Positions 58,761-64,000 of a DNA stretch of 64,000 nt are shown here, in pieces. The notes under the pieces are model-generated. The model was given only the letters and a program-made list of their open reading frames with translations. It ran no database searches and was not told where the DNA came from. Position 1 is the stretch's first letter; every line of letters starts with the position of its first letter. The DNA lies in the NCBI GenBank assembly GCA_951406725.2, contig OX597825.1, positions 17,174,001-17,238,000 on the forward strand, in the 5' to 3' direction. This stretch comes from Octopus vulgaris. Taxonomy: Eukaryota. The translations under genes and the position numbers were made by a program.

Positions 58761-59970
58761 ACCAAAACAGAGAGACAAATCGGCCCTCTAGATTCTTCTC
58801 TCTGCTTACAAGTTCCATGCAGCTGCTGACCAACGATAATTTCAAAGAATTACTACCAACAACACGGTCATAGTGACGGAGGACTAGAAAATATGGATAA
58901 CATACTGTCCTTCCACAAATTAGAATCGTATTATGAATTAAGTTTTTGCAGATATCAAGCCATTTAGTCTATCTTGTTCCTTAACATGCTTCGTGTACTC
59001 TATAATAAATAATGCACTCGTTGAACGCCAGTAGCAACTATATGCCAGATCGTGGTCTGTGTCTGCATGAAAACTGATTCGGAAAGTACTTATGTGTTTA
59101 TAATTATTAACAAAGTAGGAATTAATATCACCAATGAATCGTGGAAAATTTCAACGAGAATTAATGTTATCATAATTATGAATTATGAAATGGCGTTCAT
59201 TTTGTTTAGTCATAGACCGCATTTTGAGAATTATTTCAAGATTACCAAGGCTGGTTACACATTTTCAAAGGAATGATACCTGCTTCACTGGAGATTTTAT
59301 GGCAAGAGAGAACAAAGCGTATCAGATCAATTCGGCAGAACGAATACCAAGCGAGAAATTTTAATTCAAAGGTTTTTCGTCGTAGCTATTTAGATTTTCG
59401 CCTATGTTTATCGGCGTTAATACACTGGCATAGAAACTTATGCATAAGCATATAAACATCCAAACAAACTCAAGGAAGTATACTAACACATAAACACAAA
59501 TACAACTGCACAGACCCACGTACTTACACGACCCGGCGTACACACAGACACATGCACACGCACACACGAACACATGTATGCATACATATGTGATGTGTGT
59601 GTAGTTTTTGTATACGTTTATGCCTGATGTAGAGCAGACGGTAGTGTGTCATATATTATTTTAAAATGCGTAAAGAAGAGCAACAGTCGAATCAAGTAAC
59701 TAATGAATCAAACCATAATTCCAGCAAGGGTTGATAACATTTGTGAGTTTAAAATAAAATCTGTGTGTGTGATTTTACTGGAAAAGTGGACCTGCAAATG
59801 TCAACACGCAATCGTACGCATACATACAAATAATATTATACAGACGCGTGCATGCATGCATATATACATGCAGGCATATACATACATACATACAGATAGT
59901 ATGAACCTATGTATATGCGTGTTTGTGTGTGCGTGTATTAACTAGTGTATGTATATATATATATATAACG

Positions 59971-60004
<34 letters not shown>

Positions 60005-60014
60005 TAATAATAAT

Positions 60015-60250
60015 GATAAAGGGTAAAATTAATTAATTGATTAATAATAATTTCACTAAGTAGTTCTGTATGTTAAAAGAACCCTTATCGGTAAACTTAA
60101 ACAAGTTTTTTTTCTCTTTACCTGCGTGGGTAGTTGAGTATTGTTGTCTGGGACAGAAATAGTTAGTTTTAACTGCTATTTCTAAATTTCGGTATGTGGT
60201 GAAGCAAATTTTTGCTGAATCCTAATTATAATTATGCTCATAATTATAAA
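60015..60250. mobile_element. PLE terminal fragment related to 40763-41134, with internal inversion
   Basis: 60015-60095 colinear with 40772-40850; 60106-60235 is a reverse complement of 40870-41022. Confidence 0.65.
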
Positions 60251-60742
60251 AATTCCTTCTATATATATATATATTCATTCTCGCGAAGTTAATTCTCATG
60301 CTTGTGAGAAAATTACATCTTTGCCTAACACAAAACAGTTTATAGACATATGTCATGTCTAGTTCAGCCAACTCAATATGTTTTGATTACTTAATAAAAC
60401 CTTCGATACATAAGATGTGTTACAAATCATTCAAAAAAGTGAATGGCATAGATTTGAAAATCAGGTAACTGGTGTGTAATTGATATACTAAATGCAGTTC
60501 ACCAATGTATCCTAAGCTAATGACATTCTATTTAGAATGAAAAACGACACAATTAGGTTCATTAAAATTCATGTCATTTGTCCATTTGATTTATTCTTAG
60601 ATCTGATTAATTTCTGTTATTGTTCCGCATATCGAATTTTTGTCAAAATGGCTCGAAATAATTTTCTCATCACAGGTATTTTTCTCTAATACTTGCTATT
60701 ATATTATTTCAGTTAATACCAAAAATAAATGTTGTATAAGCA

Positions 60743-61305
60743 AAAAATGAGGAAGGAAGGAACCAGTGCACATATGAAGATCGCATGTGCGTGAAACTTA
60801 AATCGTGAGGAAAGGTAGTTCAAGAAATATCTATGTACTTGTATTTGAACTGTGGATGAACATAGGAGGGAAAAGAAGAAAGGAGAGGGAGAGTTCGACT
60901 ATTTGTGCGTGTGTGAAGCTAAAAATGAGGAAGGAAGGAATCAGTACACACATGAAGATCGCATGTGCGTAAAACTTAAATCGTGAGGGAAGGTAGTTCA
61001 CGAAATATCTATGTACTTGTATTTGAACTGTGGGTGAACATGAGAGGGAAAAGAAGAAAGGAGAGCGAGAATTCGACTATTTGTGCGTGTGTGAAGCTAA
61101 ATAGGAGGAAGGAAGGAATCAGTACACACATAAAGATCGCCTTTGCGTGAAACTTAAATCGTGAGGAAAGGTAGTTCAAGAAATATCTATGTACTTGTAT
61201 TTGAACTGTGGGTGAACGTGAGAGGGAAAAGGAAAAAGGAGAAAGGAGAGAGCGAGAGAGCGAGAGAAAGAGAGAGAGTTCGACTATTTGTGCGTTTGTG
61301 CAGCT
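60743..61305 (+). repeat. Tandem repeat, 3 x 178 bp
   Basis: AT(G/A)AAGATCGC at 60774, 60952, 61130. Confidence 0.95.
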
Positions 61306-62105
61306 AATGTAATGTTAAGGAAGCTGTGAAGAGAATCAATGAATTCTCTGAAGGAAGGCGTGCTTTGTTGACATTAAAATTATTTAATTCTATACAAAAG
61401 TAACCAAGAACAGTAAATCTCAGAAAGAAAGCAAATAACAAAGGGTGAACTGGAATATAATCTGATATTCGATGCAAATAATCAATACATTGTTCAGACT
61501 TGATACAGCAAATATCAAGGTATACATAAATATTGCCAGATCTATATTTTCAGTGTAAGTGTAGATGTCATTTCGTTTACAATCAGCGAAATGTATTGTT
61601 ACTATATAAAGGAAAATACAAGACAATGATCTTTTATTGAAACCACACATCATGTTGCGTAAATACTCACGAATAAAACAGTAGATAAAAGTAAACACAA
61701 AGAACAATATGTCTGAGCGTGACCCAGCATTTGTTGTAATGCAATAGGCTTCTGTTCTTTTGAAATATATTGCTGTGATTAAATAAATCAAAGACTATAA
61801 TTTTGGAACAATCATTGTCCGGTCTCTTCATCAAGCATGCCTACTTTCTAATATACACTGTTCAACTTTATTGATCAAACGTATGGTGAGGCAAATCGAT
61901 ACGTTAGGAAACTGTATTAATCAAAAGCGAATAACATTAACTAAACAACTCTTGAAACACAAAATTTACACGTTTGGAGATTTGCTGTTTATTGTTGGTG
62001 CAAAATTAAAAGAGAATGGATCACATTTAGTGTATTTGAGTTAGAAACAGGAAATGATGCGCTGCTGTAATTGATCTTTTAAAACTGATTAACTTTAAAT
62101 CGTCA

Positions 62106-62106
62106 T

Positions 62107-62169
<63 letters not shown>

Positions 62170-62244
62170 GTATGAATATATATACATACTTATATATCTA
62201 TATGCATATATATACATACACAGACGTATGTATGTACATATATA

Positions 62245-62284
<40 letters not shown>

Positions 62285-62690
62285 TATATGCATATATATA
62301 TATATATATATGTATATATATGCATATATACATGTATATATATATATGTATATACATATATATATATATATACATATATATACATACATATATATATGCA
62401 TATATATATATATATATGCATATATATGTACATACATACGTCTGTGTAAGTATATATATGCATATAGATATATATAAGTATGTATATATATTCATACGTG
62501 TGTATATATATATATTTATATCTATATCTATATATACGTACGTATATACAGCCATGAATAAGTACATACTATATATGTATATATAAATCTCTCTCTCTCT
62601 CACTATATATATATATATATATATATACATGCATATATATAAATATGTGTATGTGTAAACATGTGTTTGTATATGTGTATATGTGTATAT
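62106..62690. repeat. Compound TA-rich microsatellite with inverted symmetry
   Basis: CAGACGTATGTATGTAC (62221) and GTACATACATACGTCTG (62428) are inverted copies within TA runs. Confidence 0.85.
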
Positions 62691-63392
62691 GTGGGTGTTT
62701 ATATTTGGCTCGGAATTTGAATCACTATAACTGAATCTGTTTGAAGCTGTTTATCAGTGATTATTAAATGTTGGAATCTTCTAACGCTACCTCACTTCAC
62801 TGACTCAGTACACCTACAATGATACTAGACCACAGCTTCAAATATATACATTCAGCATTGCACTCTAATGATGTTACACTGATTTCTTGATTTACCACTT
62901 ATCTCTTAGTATTCTAGCGGCAACGTTTTCGTACCATGAAACATAACCTGTTTTCTTTTAAATTCCACGAAGGCATATCGACTACTTCGATTTGTTGCTT
63001 TCAGTGAAAAATGGGAATGTTTGCATTGTTCAGATACAAATTTCATTGCCTAGATACGTGCAAACTATTGCCTACTGATGTCCGACAATTATATCTCATT
63101 GGGACGTGTTTTTAGAAGGACAACATATATGAGAGGCAGACGCACTAAGAATGACACGCAGAGTGCTATTTTAATCTAATTCTGCTTCTGTGACATATAA
63201 CGATGGTAATTCAGGTTATTTGCAGCAACAGGGGATCTTCACTCATCTTTTATGTATCTGTGACAAAATATTTTGCTATTGGCCATAACTATATAATACT
63301 GACAGCGGCCATTGGTGTAGAAATGGATTTTCTTAACTCACTGAAGGGCGATTTCTGGATGCCACTTATTATGCATTTTGGTTTTAATCACA

Positions 63393-63799
63393 CTCTCTAT
63401 CTCTTTACTCTCTTTTACTTGTTTCAGTCATTTGACTGCGGCCATGCTGGAGCACCGCCTTTAGTCGAGCAAATCGACCCCGGGACTTATACTTTGTAAG
63501 CCCAATACTTATTATATCGGTCTCTTTTGCCGAACCGCTAAGTGACGGGGACGTAAACACACCAGCATCGGTTGTCAAGCAATGCTAGGGGAACAAACAC
63601 AGACACACACATATATATATATATATATACATATATACGACAGGCTTCTATCAGTTTCCGTCTACCAAATCCACTCACAAGGCATTGGTCAGCCCGGGGC
63701 TATAGCAGAAGACACTTGCCCAAGGTGCCACGCGGTGGGGACTGAACCCGGAACCATGTGGTTGGTTAGCAAGCTACTTACCACACAGCCACTCCTGCA
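63393..63799 (-). mobile_element. SINE family A, full length
   Basis: Match to family A. Confidence 0.9.
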
Positions 63800-64000
63800 T
63801 ACATAAGAAATATATCAGGAGGAATGTTGCCGTAAGCCTCATCTTTCGCAATGAATATACATTATATGTGATACATAGGTGACTAATTTAATCTAGTATT
63901 GCTATTCTTGTGTTTAACAGCTACAGGTATGTATACATAATCATAATCAGACACATATACACTCTCACACACACACATATGGGTGATGAATGAAACAACT

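Noticed and set aside
57978-59455. Short non-repetitive ORFs as host exons
   Set aside because: No recognisable protein motifs or convincing splice pairs
60743-61305. CRISPR array
   Set aside because: Whole units repeat with no unique spacers; eukaryotic context, no cas genes

Overview
AT-rich, repeat-saturated eukaryotic DNA with no host exon I can support. The SINE families and microsatellite style look like an octopus/cephalopod genome (recognised from memory, not verified). Almost all ORFs in the track are microsatellite or SINE artefacts. Contents: dozens of tRNA-derived SINEs in about four families, a near-intact 5'-truncated Naiad-type Penelope-like element (PLE; RT + Zn finger + GIY-YIG, 51332-55843), a decayed second PLE RT, LINE and mariner remnants, a non-autonomous Helitron, MITEs and a long-TIR element. 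The most striking signal is a dense set of type I hammerhead ribozyme (HHR) motifs on both strands, at least 8 loci in 64 kb. Most lie in short PLE terminal fragments inside (TA)n tracts. One lies inside a TSD-flanked tRNA-SINE, and an HHR-like motif is repeated in a 178-bp tandem array. All structures were read by eye and none was computed.
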